Source of the DNA: the human T2T-CHM13v2.0 reference genome, Homo sapiens
Assembly: GCA_009914755.4 (NCBI GenBank)
Contig: CP068257.2
Coordinates: forward strand, 31,904,001 to 31,968,000
DNA length: 64,000 nucleotides
Reading direction: 5' to 3'
Both the position numbers and the translations under genes were made by a program. Below are positions 1 to 14,078 of this stretch, piece after piece; the first letter of the stretch is position 1, and each line of letters begins with the position of its first letter. The notes beneath the pieces were generated by a model. It saw only the letters and a list, made by a program, of their open reading frames with translations. It was not told the origin of the DNA and did not search any database.

Positions 1-21
1 GCAAAGTATAGGATCACTGAC

Positions 22-116
22 CTGATCTGGAAGTGGCTTTTGCTAAAGGCTGAATTTTCTTGACCAGCATATTTCCAGCTGCGATATCTACTCCAGATTC
101 CTTGTAAGTCAAACTC
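22..116 (-). CDS. GART: GART coding exon (exon 12; start of AIRS region: (R)SLTYKESGVDIAAGNMLVKKIQPLAKATSRS(G))
   Basis: Minus-strand translation matches GART. Acceptor ttag|G at 118-117, donor G|gtcagt at 21-20. Phase is consistent with the upstream exon ending in AG. Confidence 0.85.
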
Positions 117-1518
117 CTAAAGAATTAAAAACAAGTCATCACCTAAACGTCAGGGAAAATTATTTTAATCTTAAAATATTATTTAAAGCAGAAGATATCC
201 CAAGTGATTTTCACATACCCTAAAGTGCTTAAATTTTTTTAAAGTCAGTGCCTGGGCCACATCTATACAGATTCTGATTTAACTGGTCTAGGGCAGGCTC
301 TGGGAATTGAAATGAGTTTGAACCATCTCCCCAGTTGACTTGATTACATCATCCCTGAGAACCGCTATTCTAACTCAATCACCTATTTCTTCTACAAGTA
401 CTTCTCACAGGCTGCTAAATATACTGATTCTTTTAAATGATTTTTTATTAAGGTAGAATATACACAACATAAAATTCAGCATCTTAACCATTTTTAAGTG
501 AACAGTTCAATAGTATTGAATACAATTATAATGCTGTGCACCCGGCACCATCATCCATCTCCATAATCCTTTATCTTGTAAAACTGAACGTCTGTCCCAG
601 TTAAATAACTCCCCATTCCCCACTACCCCAGACCCTGGCAACCATCTGTTTAAAAGTAGATATACTGACATTTTGCTGCAACTTTTCTCAGTTCAATTTT
701 GGTATGAACAAGAGAGGAATGCCTAATCAAGTCAAAAAAGTGAAAATTAGATTTGTAAAAACCGTACACAAGTATCCCTAAATAATTAAACTGAGTTCTT
801 AATTTCAGTAATATATAACTGTATCTGTTTCCTAATAGCTGAGGACAGTAAACACTATGACAAAAGCAAAACCAGGTAAAGATACTCAGTGCATCATTTC
901 CTTCTGTATAGGACCCACAAGTCGGAGCAGTACATTTAGAGATCAAATTTTTGAATGACACTGCAGATTTTGTAGTCTTGACTTGCAAAAATGAGAACTC
1001 TGGCCTGCTGGGATGCAGTGATACATGAAGAAATATGTGTTTTTATAGAAGTGTCTTTAAAAAAAGCATACAAAAACAAAAAACAAAAAAGCTGCCAGAA
1101 TACAGTTGAGTGCATTGGCAGTTAACTCAAATAAAGCCAGCAGCTCTGGGTCACTCTCAGATAGAAAACAAAGACTGATGTTAAAAAACCTTTTCTCCAG
1201 TAGCAACTAACACTGTGGCATTTCCATTTTTTCATCTTTATAACTTAAATAATTCAGACTAGAATTGAGATTGCAGTCCCTTGAAATAGGTCATTTCAAT
1301 GGAATCTAGTCATTTTTAAATGAAAAATAAATTTTTAGCCTGGTATTTTGATGTTCTTGATTCTTGGAAAATCTGTGTTTAAACTTTAAAAAAACCTGCC
1401 TCTTGGTAACAGTATAGCTTGAATTACGTTGGTAAAAAAATTTTGTCTTAAAATTTATTCATTATCCGTAAATGAACTTCACGAACAATAGCAAATGTGA
1501 TATATTTTTAAGAAATCA

Positions 1519-1823
<305 letters not shown>

Positions 1824-2100
1824 AGAAATCAAAACACCCACATTTCCAACTAAGACTTTATTGATTTTACAAGTCAACAGTTTGTACATACCAACAATGA
1901 ATCAGTAAGAGGTCAAAAAATACATTTTAGTAATAGATACAAACGCAGTGATAAAATGAGACTGTCAAACTTTACAGTATAATCAAATCAAATTACAAAG
2001 TTAGATGACCAGTATTCTCATCTTCAGTTCTTTGATAAAACCATGAACTATGTTTCAAATACAACACTATGTGATAACGCAAGGAATAAAAATCAGTATC

Positions 2101-2345
2101 AGGCCAAGTGCAGCGGCTCATGCCTATAATCCCAGCATTTTGGGAGGCCAAAGCAGGAGGATCACTTGAGCCCAGGATTTCAGACTGGCCTTGGCAACAT
2201 GGTGAAACCCCATCTCCACAAAAAATACAAAAAAATTAGCCAGGTGTGGTGGCCTGTGCCTGTAGTCCCAGCTATTTGGGAGGCTGAGGCATGAGAACTT
2301 GGGCGAGAGAGGAAGACCCTGTTAAAAAAATTAAAAATATAAAAT
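2101..2345 (+). mobile_element. Alu (older, diverged)
   Basis: ggccaagtgcagcggctcatgcctataatcccagcattttgggagg. Confidence 0.8.
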
Positions 2346-2430
2346 AAAAAAAATAGAAAACAAATAAAAATCAGTACCACTGTGATTTTGCTAAACTTTC
2401 CAAACTTACGCTATCATGAAGTTTTTTCCA

Positions 2431-2436
2431 TTTAAT
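2431..2436 (-). terminator. GART: Intronic ATTAAA polyA signal in GART intron 11 (short monofunctional GARS isoform)
   Basis: Read-through of the exon-11 donor gives AGG TAA, an immediate stop at 2606-2604. The minus-strand ATTAAA lies about 170 nt downstream. Confidence 0.45.
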
Positions 2437-2607
2437 TTGAGTATTGCTATAACCAGTTTTGATTCAAACAAAATACAAACCAAGACTGTATCACTCCCAC
2501 AGAGAGAAAAGAATACTGAATGACTTATAGGGTTAATGAAATGTTCTACATAGCCATTTAGGCCAGTTTCTGAAATGGCACTACAGCTAACTTGCTTAGA
2601 GTTTTAC

Positions 2608-2839
2608 CTGGGCTGCTGGAGGAAAGCTATGGCACGAAAGCCGACGTCTTTCCTATAAATTGCTCCCTCAAACTTTATAGCAGCTAGTCCTTTCTTGGCT
2701 TCCTCAAGGGCTGATATGAGATTTTCCCGGATGGCTGTGACTGCAAGAACTCTACCCCCATGAGTTACTACTTTGCCATTTTTGAGGGCAGTGCCTGCAT
2801 GGAACACCTCCAGTCCTAGAGCTTGAGCCTCAGGAAACC
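2608..2839 (-). CDS. GART: GART coding exon 11 (GFPEAQALGLEVFHAGTALKNGKVVTHGGRVLAVTAIRENLISALEEAKKGLAAIKFEGAIYRKDVGFRAIAFLQQPR; end of GARS domain)
   Basis: ORF-track ORF 2604..2879(-). Acceptor ttctag|GG at 2841-2840, donor AG|gtaaaa at 2607-2606. Frame links to exon 10 (ACA G|GG TTT). Confidence 0.9.
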
Positions 2840-2943
2840 CTAGAAGAGAGCATATTTGACATATGATTTCAAATAGCAACAGTATTTCACACCGTGAAGT
2901 GATTTACGATTTCCACAAGTTTCTTTTTTTTTTTTTTTAACTT

Positions 2944-3236
2944 GGCTAGGTGCGGTGGCTCATGCTTATAATTCCAGCACTTTGGGAGGCTGAGGCAAGG
3001 ACTGCTTGAGTCCATGAGTTCGAGACCAGCCTGGGCAACAGAGCAAGACCTCGCCTCTACATAAATAAATAAATAAATAAATAATAATAGCCAAGTGTGG
3101 CGGCACACACCAGCTGAGGTGGGAGGATCACTTGAATTTGGGAGTTTGAGGCTGCAGTGAGGTGTGATCGCACCACTGCTCCAAACCCAGCAACAGAGAC
3201 CCTGTCTCCAAATAAATAAATACATAAAAATTAAAG
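2944..3236 (+). mobile_element. Alu
   Basis: ggctaggtgcggtggctcatgcttataattccagcactttgggagg, with an (AAAT)n tail. Confidence 0.85.
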
Positions 3237-3282
3237 ATCTTTCTCTCACTTAAAAGAACCTTCCCTATCAGACAGGTCTTCT

Positions 3283-3521
<239 letters not shown>

Positions 3522-3708
3522 ATAGGTTTTAATGCAATGTAATAGTAATTAGACCTTTCTCCTAAGAACTGTCTGCTATTTTAGGATGACAACCTAAATT
3601 CTTGTGTTATCGTAAATCTCATTATAAAAGCAATTGTTTAATGAGGAAAGAAACAAAAATCCTGCATCTGATCACATTAATCTTTTCCTTAAGAGTAAGG
3701 GAACTTCC

Positions 3709-4007
3709 TTTTTTTTTTTTTTTTTTGAGACAGAGTCTCGCTCTGTCGCCCAGGCTGGTGTGCAGTGGTGCAATCTTGGCTCACTGCAAGCTCCTCCTCC
3801 CAGGTTCACGCCATTCTCCTGCCTCAGCCTCCTGAGTAGCTGGGACTACAGGTGCCCACCACCATGCCCGGCTAATTTTTTGTATTTTTAGTAGAGACAG
3901 GGTTTCACCGTGTTAGCCAGGATGGTCTCGATCTCCTGACCTTGCGATCTGCCTGCCTGGGCCTCCCAAAGTGCTGGGATTAGTCATGAGCCACTGCGCC
4001 CAGCCGG
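3709..4007 (-). mobile_element. Alu
   Basis: Poly-T, then gagacagagtctcgctctgtcgcccaggctgg, ending cgcccagccggg. Confidence 0.9.
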
Positions 4008-4018
4008 GAACTTCCTTT

Positions 4019-4312
4019 TCTTTTTGGGACAGAGTCTTGCTCTGTCACCTAGGCTGGAGTGTGCAGTTGTGCGACCTCGGCTCACTGCAACCTCTACCTC
4101 CTGGGTTCAAGCCATCCTGCCACCTCAGCCTCCTGAGTAGCTAGGATTATAGGCATGCACCACCACATTTGGCTAATTGTTTTTGTATTTTTAGTGGAGA
4201 CGGGGTTTCACCATGTTGGCCAGGCTGGTCTCGAACTCCTGACCTCAAGTGATCTGCCCGCTTCGGCCTCCCCAAGTGTTAGGATTACAGGTGTGAGCCA
4301 CCGTGCCTGGCC
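4019..4312 (-). mobile_element. Alu
   Basis: ttttgggacagagtcttgctctgtcacctaggctggagtg ... gccaccgtgcctggcc. Confidence 0.9.
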
Positions 4313-5075
4313 TGTAAAGGAACTTCTTTTCATCACAGTTATTCAATTAAAGCTGCTTCTTTTTTTCTTTTTCGATTTTTTTTTTTTAACCAGATCATGA
4401 GACTTAAGTTTCTTTCTTTTCAGTATAACCAATATGATCAGTACAATGCAAAACATAAGTAATCTTTTCACTATTATAACACTTGTATGATTTTAAGACA
4501 AACTTGGCTTAAATTAAGTTTTGGGGTCAGCCCCAAATTCCTGCCCCTTCACTGTATTTTGAATTATTTTTAAACTCTCAGATACAGCTTTATAGTTAAA
4601 ACATTATTAGACTATATATTCTAAATTCTAAAGTGACCAAAGGGGACAGTTTATGTAAAGATAACACTTTTTCTTAATTTTTAGAAAACCATTCTTTCAT
4701 CTCCTGGTGGTCTTCTTTTTCCGTCTCTATTTCTTTTGTTAGCATCCTATTTGGTAGTTTGTTAATATACATCTTCCCTGAGTGTTTTTACAACACAAAG
4801 CCATTTAGTGATTCTGAATGGCTACTCTGCCTGCCAGTACTGGTAAAACTCAATATTGCTCTGGCAGAACTATTATACACTTGTTACTTCAATCTTAGGG
4901 AAATTTTACCAATGCAAGGGATCTTGGTTCTGGCCCATTTCTTTCTTTGTCCATATTCAAAAGGAATCAATTCTTAACTGCCTGCCTAGCTGCCATGCGT
5001 GGGATTCATAAGGCAATGGACTTGGTGTCTGGGCAAGACAGTTTATGGGGTTGTTGAATTAAATACACTACTGGA

Positions 5076-5364
5076 GGCTGGGCATGGTGGCTCAGACCTG
5101 TAATCCCAATACTTGAGGAGGATGAGGTAGGCGGATCACTTGAGGTCAGGAGTTCGAGACCAGCCGGGCCAACATGGTGAAACCCCATCTCTACTAAAAA
5201 TACAGAAATTAGCTGGGCCTGGTAGCATACACCTGTAATCCAGTTACTTGGGAGGCTGAGTCAGAAGAATCGCTTGAACCCAGGAGGAGGTTACAGTGAG
5301 CCGAGATCGTGCCACTGCAATCCAGCCTGGGTGACAGAGCTAGAGTCTATCTCGAAAAAAAAAG
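5076..5364 (+). mobile_element. Alu
   Basis: ggctgggcatggtggctcagacctgtaatccc ... poly(A). Confidence 0.9.
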
Positions 5365-6005
5365 GAAACCCCCCAAATACACTACTGGAGCACGGAGAGT
5401 GGCCAAACTATAGGCTGCTAGGGGTCACAGAGGTCTGCCTTTGGACTTACGGCACTGGAACTTAGATTTAACATCATTTAACGAGATGTTTCACCTACTT
5501 TATATAAAGAGAGAGAGAAAAAAAAGAGAAGGATAAACTTTGAAACTGTTTGAATTTTGCCATCCAAGTGACTATGGGGTGCACTGTAAACTGGGGGTCA
5601 AACCACACAAAACTGTATGCATTTGTGATAATTCAGAGTCCTCACCTCTAAAATATATCTTATTGATATACTTTGTACTAATGTTCCTCTGACTCTCAGA
5701 GAATCTCATTATTACCCTGGCTCTAGGCAGGTGGAAGTGGAAGGCTGCACTGGGTGACACTCGGGAGATGTGGTTCTGCCACTTATGTCTTCCTTGCACA
5801 GGAAGGGAAATCAACGGTTCTCTGAATACAGTAATTGCGGATATTTGAACACACATATCCAATAAGCAACATGGTTAAGACCCTCTGAAAGGTTTCTGAT
5901 GGCTTCACACTCTTATCGAGAGCAAGCCTTAGTGTGAGAGGGGGGTCTGCTGTGGTGCTGGCACTTGTCACGTTGTACTCCAACCTCTTGCTCCCTGACA
6001 CTCAC

Positions 6006-6174
6006 CTGTTATCTCTACACCCTTGGTGTAGTCTCCAGGATAACCTTTACTTGCCATGACAACAGTTAGGGCGGTGTGGTTTTCTAGCCAAACAGGCAGA
6101 GATGTGCAGAGCAGTCCATCTAAGGTGGACTGAATCACTTCATAAAGATCACTTTTAAGAAGTGGGAGGATTAC
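6006..6174 (-). CDS. GART: GART coding exon 10 (VILPLLKSDLYEVIQSTLDGLLCTSLPVWLENHTALTVVMASKGYPGDYTKGVEIT(G))
   Basis: ORF 5968..6195(-). Acceptor ttttccag|GTA at 6176-6175, donor ACA G|gtgag at 6005-6004. Confidence 0.9.
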
Positions 6175-6309
6175 CTGGAAAAACATAATCCACATGGCAG
6201 GTGGGATAAATTTTAGTTTTCCTTAAACATTTTATTCACTGGTGTACTAGCAGAACTTGCATGAATTTCCCAAAGGTAATTACTTCCAGGCTGATAAATT
6301 CCAAGATTA

Positions 6310-6504
<195 letters not shown>

Positions 6505-6688
6505 TTACAAATATAAAATCTACTACATAAACTTCTAATAATCAAAGTTTTGGAAAAATCATAAACATTTAAAAAATGGTCCATTAAAAAGTGGTAAAAA
6601 AAAAAAAAAAAGGGAATGGAAAATAAGTTTTATCAAAAGTAGAAAGTTACTCTATAGGTGGCTTCCATAGTAATGTGGGTGGGCCTAC

Positions 6689-6776
6689 CTGTATATGGAG
6701 TACCCTCTTGCTGCATGCCATCCACTGTCCTCTGAAGAACAGTATCTTTAATTTTTAGTAATAGATCATTAGAAAC
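6689..6776 (-). CDS. GART: GART coding exon 8 (VSNDLLLKIKDTVLQRTVDGMQQEGTPYT(G))
   Basis: Acceptor ctccag|GTT at 6778-6777, donor ACA G|gtaggc at 6688-6687. Confidence 0.85.
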
Positions 6777-7289
6777 CTGGAGAACGTGCAGAAACAGTTA
6801 AATGTAACAGGTAACTTAAAAAGTCTAAGTAGTATTACATGGGACAACAGAAGGGGATGATGAGGATAACTCATTTTTTTACTACCTGAAACATGCTGAA
6901 CACTTTGAACTTGAAAGATTTAAACTTTCTCAATCCTCACAATGACTCTGTCAAGTAGGTATTTTAGCTTTATGATTTTCAAAAAATACACTCTTAAAAG
7001 AACTAGCCAAAAATAACTTCCCGAAACGTAATAGAAATGAAACAAGTTCTCTCCTACCCTAAGGCTTCTTTGTACTCTTCCCAGTATACGCTGCATATTT
7101 CATAAGTCTATATATGTAAGATTCTGGGTTTATGAATTTAATTGTAAAAATTAGACCCAGATATAGTTCTTAGAATACACTATTACCAAATGGTAGTTTT
7201 AATACAAGTGTTTGGATTACAGGTGTGAACCACTGTGCCTGGCCTACACTTATGAAGTCTTTTAAAAAAAATGAAGTTTATGTTTAATC

Positions 7290-7628
<339 letters not shown>

Positions 7629-7711
7629 TAAAGGGGCACTACATTAGCACAAACATTATGACTATCTTCAATGAAAAGAATAGGTGAGTTTTCGGATTGT
7701 TAACCTACTTA

Positions 7712-8086
<375 letters not shown>

Positions 8087-8102
8087 TTATGAAGTAGAAA
8101 GA

Positions 8103-8265
8103 TCAGAACAAATTCTGATCTGACTTGGTTCTCAATTCATATCACACACACACAAGAAATTCTGATCTGACTTGGTTCTCAATTCATATCACACGCACAC
8201 TAGAAATTCTGATGTGACTTGGTTCTCAATTCATATCACACACACACACAGATACACACAGACAA
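8103..8265. repeat. Minisatellite, about 47-bp unit x 3 with embedded (CA)n, in a GART intron
   Basis: The unit aaattctgatctgacttggttctcaattcatatcacacacacacaag is repeated three times with a few substitutions. Confidence 0.8.
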
Positions 8266-8567
8266 CACTTTTGTGCTGAACCACGGATATCCAAAGATGA
8301 ATCCAAGACCACGACAGGCTCCCATGTGTTAAAAATTGGCTGCAGAGAGGAGGGAATAGGAGGATCTATTCAACCCATACTATACTTTAGATTGGCTTAT
8401 TTTAGTTCTTCAAAAAAGGCTTTTAGGAAAAGTTAGTTTTAGAGACCAGAAAAGATACTCCTCATTTAATTGCTGATTAGTAACATAATTCATAGCAACA
8501 AACAAACAGAAAACAAAACAAAATAGAAAGTATCATCTAAGAGTTCTCTGAGAAAACCAAACTACTA

Positions 8568-8723
<156 letters not shown>

Positions 8724-9327
8724 CTATAAAGAAAACAAAATAGTCCATTTATGTTAACTGTCAAAAACTAAAAAAAAAAATTTAGTGAGGCAAACTATAT
8801 GTCCCTTAATTCTTCTTTGAGGAAAAGTTTGTTTTTTTTTTTGCAGAGAAATGAACCGAAACGTCAATAACATTAAGCTACATACATCAAGAATCATAAT
8901 GTACTCAACTTCTGAAGGATTTGTAATTTTTGAGGGAAGTCAGAAAAAATCAAGCTACTCTCAAAGTAAAAGATTTCAACCTTTCCCCCACTTTAAGCTT
9001 CCAGGCATTAAAACTTGGTTTAAGGTGACTTTATTTATTGTGCAATAAACTGTATATGAAAGAAAAAGCATGAATGCTTGAATTAATCCAGAACCTCAAT
9101 AGTGTGTAAGTCCAAGTGCCCCCACTAACACACTAGGGATGACTAACAGAGGATCGATTATTTTTTCATTTGCACCCCCAACAATAAAAGTATACAAATT
9201 CCTTTGTAACTGCTGGGTTTATGTTTTTAGATGAAGCAACCAGAGTATATCAAGTCTTTTCTGGGGTACACAGGTCAGATGACAGCTTCTTATACACTAC
9301 AAAAGCCAAAAAGATGAATATACATAC

Positions 9328-9396
9328 CGACACCTCTTCTCCGTCAAGAAGTTCTTCAATGACAATTGTTTCTCCAGCTGCCCCAAAGGCTTTCTC
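9328..9396 (-). CDS. GART: GART coding exon 6 (EKAFGAAGETIVIEELLDGEEVS)
   Basis: Acceptor caatcag|GAG at 9398-9397, donor TCG|gtatgt at 9327-9326. 69 nt. Confidence 0.85.
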
Positions 9397-10183
9397 CTGA
9401 TTGTAAGATTTTTTTTTTTTTTTTTTTTAAAAAAAGAGGCTTGGTAAGTTTTTGATACTTAGTTGACTTTTAGCATTATCCAGCATTTGTATTATGAACC
9501 AGTGAGTACTGTAATTTTTCTTTCCCTTTCAGAAAGACTCAAAGGGAACATATAAATGTTTCCTATTTTTAATGTGGCAATAGTGTAGCTAACACTGGTA
9601 CAGACGGAATAAACACACCTCTAATATTCTCCTGAAGATTTGGTGATCCAGTTTCAAATAAGGTATGGGAAAAACAGATGTTTTCATTATCGCCACTTAA
9701 TCCTTACTTCCGATTATAATTATACATGTTTGGCTGTAATAACTATACTAAAGCATGCTTGTGAAAGTAGACTTCTACAAGGACAGAAAACCCACAACAA
9801 CAAAGATCGATCACGAAAGACAAGGCATATTCATTCATTAATTTACTTCTCTTAGACCCGGGACATGTGGGACAAATACTTTTGTCCTCATGGATGGCTT
9901 GATAATTTATTTATATGTTCTAGAGTCTGAGGATTTTCTTTCAGTGGCAGACAACAAAGGATGTTACAATTTACTTCAAAATAATACAATCATGGTTTAA
10001 TTTACAGTGTAAATCCATAACTATTTTATAGAGATGGATTATAATACATGGGATTATAAAAAATAACTTACCCATATGTTTGCAAAATAGATTTTCCTTA
10101 TTGTGAGGAACATTTTTTAAACTTAAAACGGTATTTATTCAGTATGAATAGAAAAGTAAATTTTTTCAGAAGACCCAGCCTAC

Positions 10184-10295
10184 CTGCATGATCTCTTGTA
10201 CAGCTTTGCAGGCCTCTTCTTTGCTCTTTGCAACAATCACCCCTTTTCCAGCTGCAAGACCACTGGCCTTCACAACCAAAGCAGGGAAGTCTGCA
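10184..10295 (-). CDS. GART: GART coding exon 5 ((S)ADFPALVVKASGLAAGKGVIVAKSKEEACKAVQEIMQ)
   Basis: Acceptor ctttacag|T at 10297-10296, donor CAG|gtaggc at 10183-10182. The leading T completes the AG|T Ser codon from exon 4. Confidence 0.9.
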
Positions 10296-10995
10296 CTGTA
10301 AAGACAGAGTAATCGTCAACATCCAATAAACCATTACAACTCAAGATTTTAAAATGCTGTGGGATTTTGTAACGATATGCTATAGCAATGACTGAAAAGC
10401 AGAAAGAAAAAAATTAATTATCATTCCAACACATTTTGATGTACTTCCCACCAGGATTTTTTCCCCTACGTATTCCTTTGTAGTTCCAATCATACAGTAC
10501 CTACAATTTTGCTTTTTTCATTTATCATGAGATTACATAGGCAATATCTTTGGAAGAATAAGTAGATGTATAGAGTAGATATGGCATAATCTCTAAGATA
10601 CAAAGTAGCAAATAGTACTCTCATTCAGGTAGAAAATGCGGCTGTATAACAACAGTAAGCATACACAGACCATTTCTGGGAGTACACATATGAAATTATC
10701 AAGTGGGCCTGGGGGTCTGGAAGGAGACTTACCCAAAGTAAGTAACAAAACTGTTACTTGCTCAAGGCATCTGGCTGCTAGGAAATAATAATATTCAGTG
10801 TTTAAGAAACTCTTTAGGATATGAATGAAAAAAAAATGAAACTGACACAACTGAAAGGAAAACATAACCAGGAAGCAGAAGTGCCAACAAAAAAAGGGCA
10901 AATGCATGTGTCTACTAACACTCATTAATTGCTCAATGCTTTCCACATAATAGAGAACAAAGGATGTTTAATTTTGAAATTTAAAATTGCAATAG

Positions 10996-11340
<345 letters not shown>

Positions 11341-11457
11341 TGGCAATAGTGGTGGCAGATGACCAAGTGATGATTACTCACTCTGGTTAATTATTTATGA
11401 CAAAAAAAATCAATGTTCTTTATGTTGTAAGATGCCACTGCGTTTGTCAATCTGACC

Positions 11458-11745
11458 GTGAGGCCTAGTGTTACGGCTCATGCCTGTAATCCCAGCACTT
11501 TGGGAGGCAGAGAGAGGCGGATCTCTTGAGCTTAAGAGTTTGAGACCGGCCTGGGAAACATGGTAAAACTCCGTCTCTACAAAAAATATAAAAACTAGCT
11601 GGGAGTAGTGGTGTGTGCCTATTGTCCCAGCTACTTGGGAGGCTGAGGTGGGAGGATCACTTGAGTCCAGGAAGCAGAGGCTGCTGTGAGCCAAGATCAC
11701 GCCACTGCACTCCAGCCTGGGTGACAGAGAGAGGCCCCGTCTCAG
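11458..11745 (+). mobile_element. Alu
   Basis: ggcctagtgttacggctcatgcctgtaatcccagcactttgggagg. Confidence 0.85.
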
Positions 11746-12062
11746 GTTGGGGGGTGGTGGTGGGGGGCGGGGAACCAAAAACCAAAAACATGGCTGTGAA
11801 GAGCGCACAACTGCAGAACCAAGTGTATTTTTCCCCTGAGGAACTACTCAGATTTTATTAAAAATGTCATCTTCCTGCAAGGCCACAAGATCATATAAAC
11901 TCTGTATGCATAGGATCCCATTTTATTTTGGTTCTGGAAAACGACAACCCACATAATATTTATTGAGAAAGTTTTTTCCTTAATTATCTTACTACATCTT
12001 GAGACAGCCTAAAGACCTAGCATTACATTTTCAACACAGAAGTGACCTGTATATTTATTTAA

Positions 12063-12353
12063 TTTTTTTGAGACAGGGTCTCACTCTGTCACCCAGGCTG
12101 CAGTGCAGTGGCACAATCTTGGCTCAGTGCAGCCTCCGCCTCCTGGGTTCAAGTGATCCTCCCACCTTGGCCTTTAGAGGAGCTGGGACTACAGGTGCAC
12201 ACCATCATGCCCGGCTTTTTTTTTTCTGTATTTTTTGTAGAGACAGGGTTTTACCATGGTACCCAGGCTGGTCTCTAACTCCTGAGCTCAAGTGATTCAC
12301 CTGCCTTGGCCTCCCAAAGTGCTGGGATTACAGGTGAGCTACTGTGCCTGGCC
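12063..12353 (-). mobile_element. Alu
   Basis: ttttgagacagggtctcactctgtcacccaggctgcagtgcagtgg ... ctgtgcctggcc. Confidence 0.9.
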
Positions 12354-12417
12354 ACTGACCTGTGTATTTAAATATCAAAACTAAACAACTGTCCTTCACA
12401 GACAACCATTTACCTAC

Positions 12418-12592
12418 CTCAAAATGAAGCTGCAGGCTTCTTCAGGTTTGGTGAAAGCCTTCCATTGTGCGGTTGGGATTCCATGTCTGTCCATAAACTC
12501 TTTGGCAAACCTTTTGCTGGACTCTAACTGAGCCGCTTCTGCTGTTGGGCCAAAGCATTGCACTCCTGCAGACCTCAGGTTCCCAACAATCC
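12418..12592 (-). CDS. GART: GART coding exon 4 ((G)IVGNLRSAGVQCFGPTAEAAQLESSKRFAKEFMDRHGIPTAQWKAFTKPEEACSFIL; ATP-grasp)
   Basis: ORF 12414..12626(-). Acceptor caatag|GG at 12594-12593, donor TTG AG|gtaggt at 12417-12416. Confidence 0.9.
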
Positions 12593-13063
12593 CTATTGAT
12601 GAAAACAGTAGCCTTAGGTGAACCAAGGTCTCCCCAGGGGCTTTTCAGCCTGAAGACGAATTAGTATCAGACTATATCTACATCTAGACAAGGCAGATGA
12701 CTGGTGGCAGAGGATAACTAACTTTTTCATGTTGTCTACTGGATAGAGATAAAATGCTATTAACATGTTATTCAAATCTATCAAAAGTTGTTATATTTGC
12801 ATATATGGATTATTAAACACACACCAGAATACAGCAGAATAAAGACATATAAAATGTTTTCCATGGCTGCAAATTTGATCTCTAACTCATCATATAACTG
12901 ATGCTTGGGAAAAAAAATCTAGACTCCATAAATTTCGAGAGTGGAAGCTCTTTTTCCAAGATAATATTACAAATTCTCATCTGTAAAATGAATTGGATTA
13001 GATGATCCCTAAGCTTCTGTTTGCACTGAATATACTGTAACAATAAACAGAAACAAACTTTAC

Positions 13064-13159
13064 CAGCAGCCAGAGGTGCTTCTGGTCCAACAACTACAAA
13101 TTCAATTTTCTTCTCTTTGCAGAATTGAGCAAGGGCAGTGTGGTCACTGATTGAGATGG
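13064..13159 (-). CDS. GART: GART coding exon 3 ((A)ISISDHTALAQFCKEKKIEFVVVGPEAPLAA(G))
   Basis: ORF 12882..13190(-). Acceptor tttacag|CC at 13161-13160, donor GCT G|gtaaag at 13063-13062. Confidence 0.9.
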
Positions 13160-13580
13160 CTGTAAACAGAAAAAAAAAAAAAAAAACCACTGCATTTACA
13201 AAAACATTCCACTTAAGTAAACTAAGTGTCTCACTAAAAAAACTAAGTTCTATACTTTAGTATGCTTGTTATCTGTTGGTTTTCTTATATTGGCAGAGAT
13301 GACAGTTTCAACATGTGAAATTCAGAGGAGAGTGCATTAGGCTAACCAACAGAGCTCAGTTCTCCGTTATCATTGTAGACAGATGAAAACACCAATAAAC
13401 TTCCCAAAGAGCCATAAAGTATCACCTCCATGATATTGTTCACGTCACTAATATTGACTGTATATTAAACAAAAAACGTAAGATATACTCAGAAATTGGT
13501 CTTTTAATGTCAATCAATCAATTGTACTGAAAATCCACTATGTGCTAAGTACTGTCCTCAGCACTGGTATTAAGATGTCA

Positions 13581-14078
<498 letters not shown>

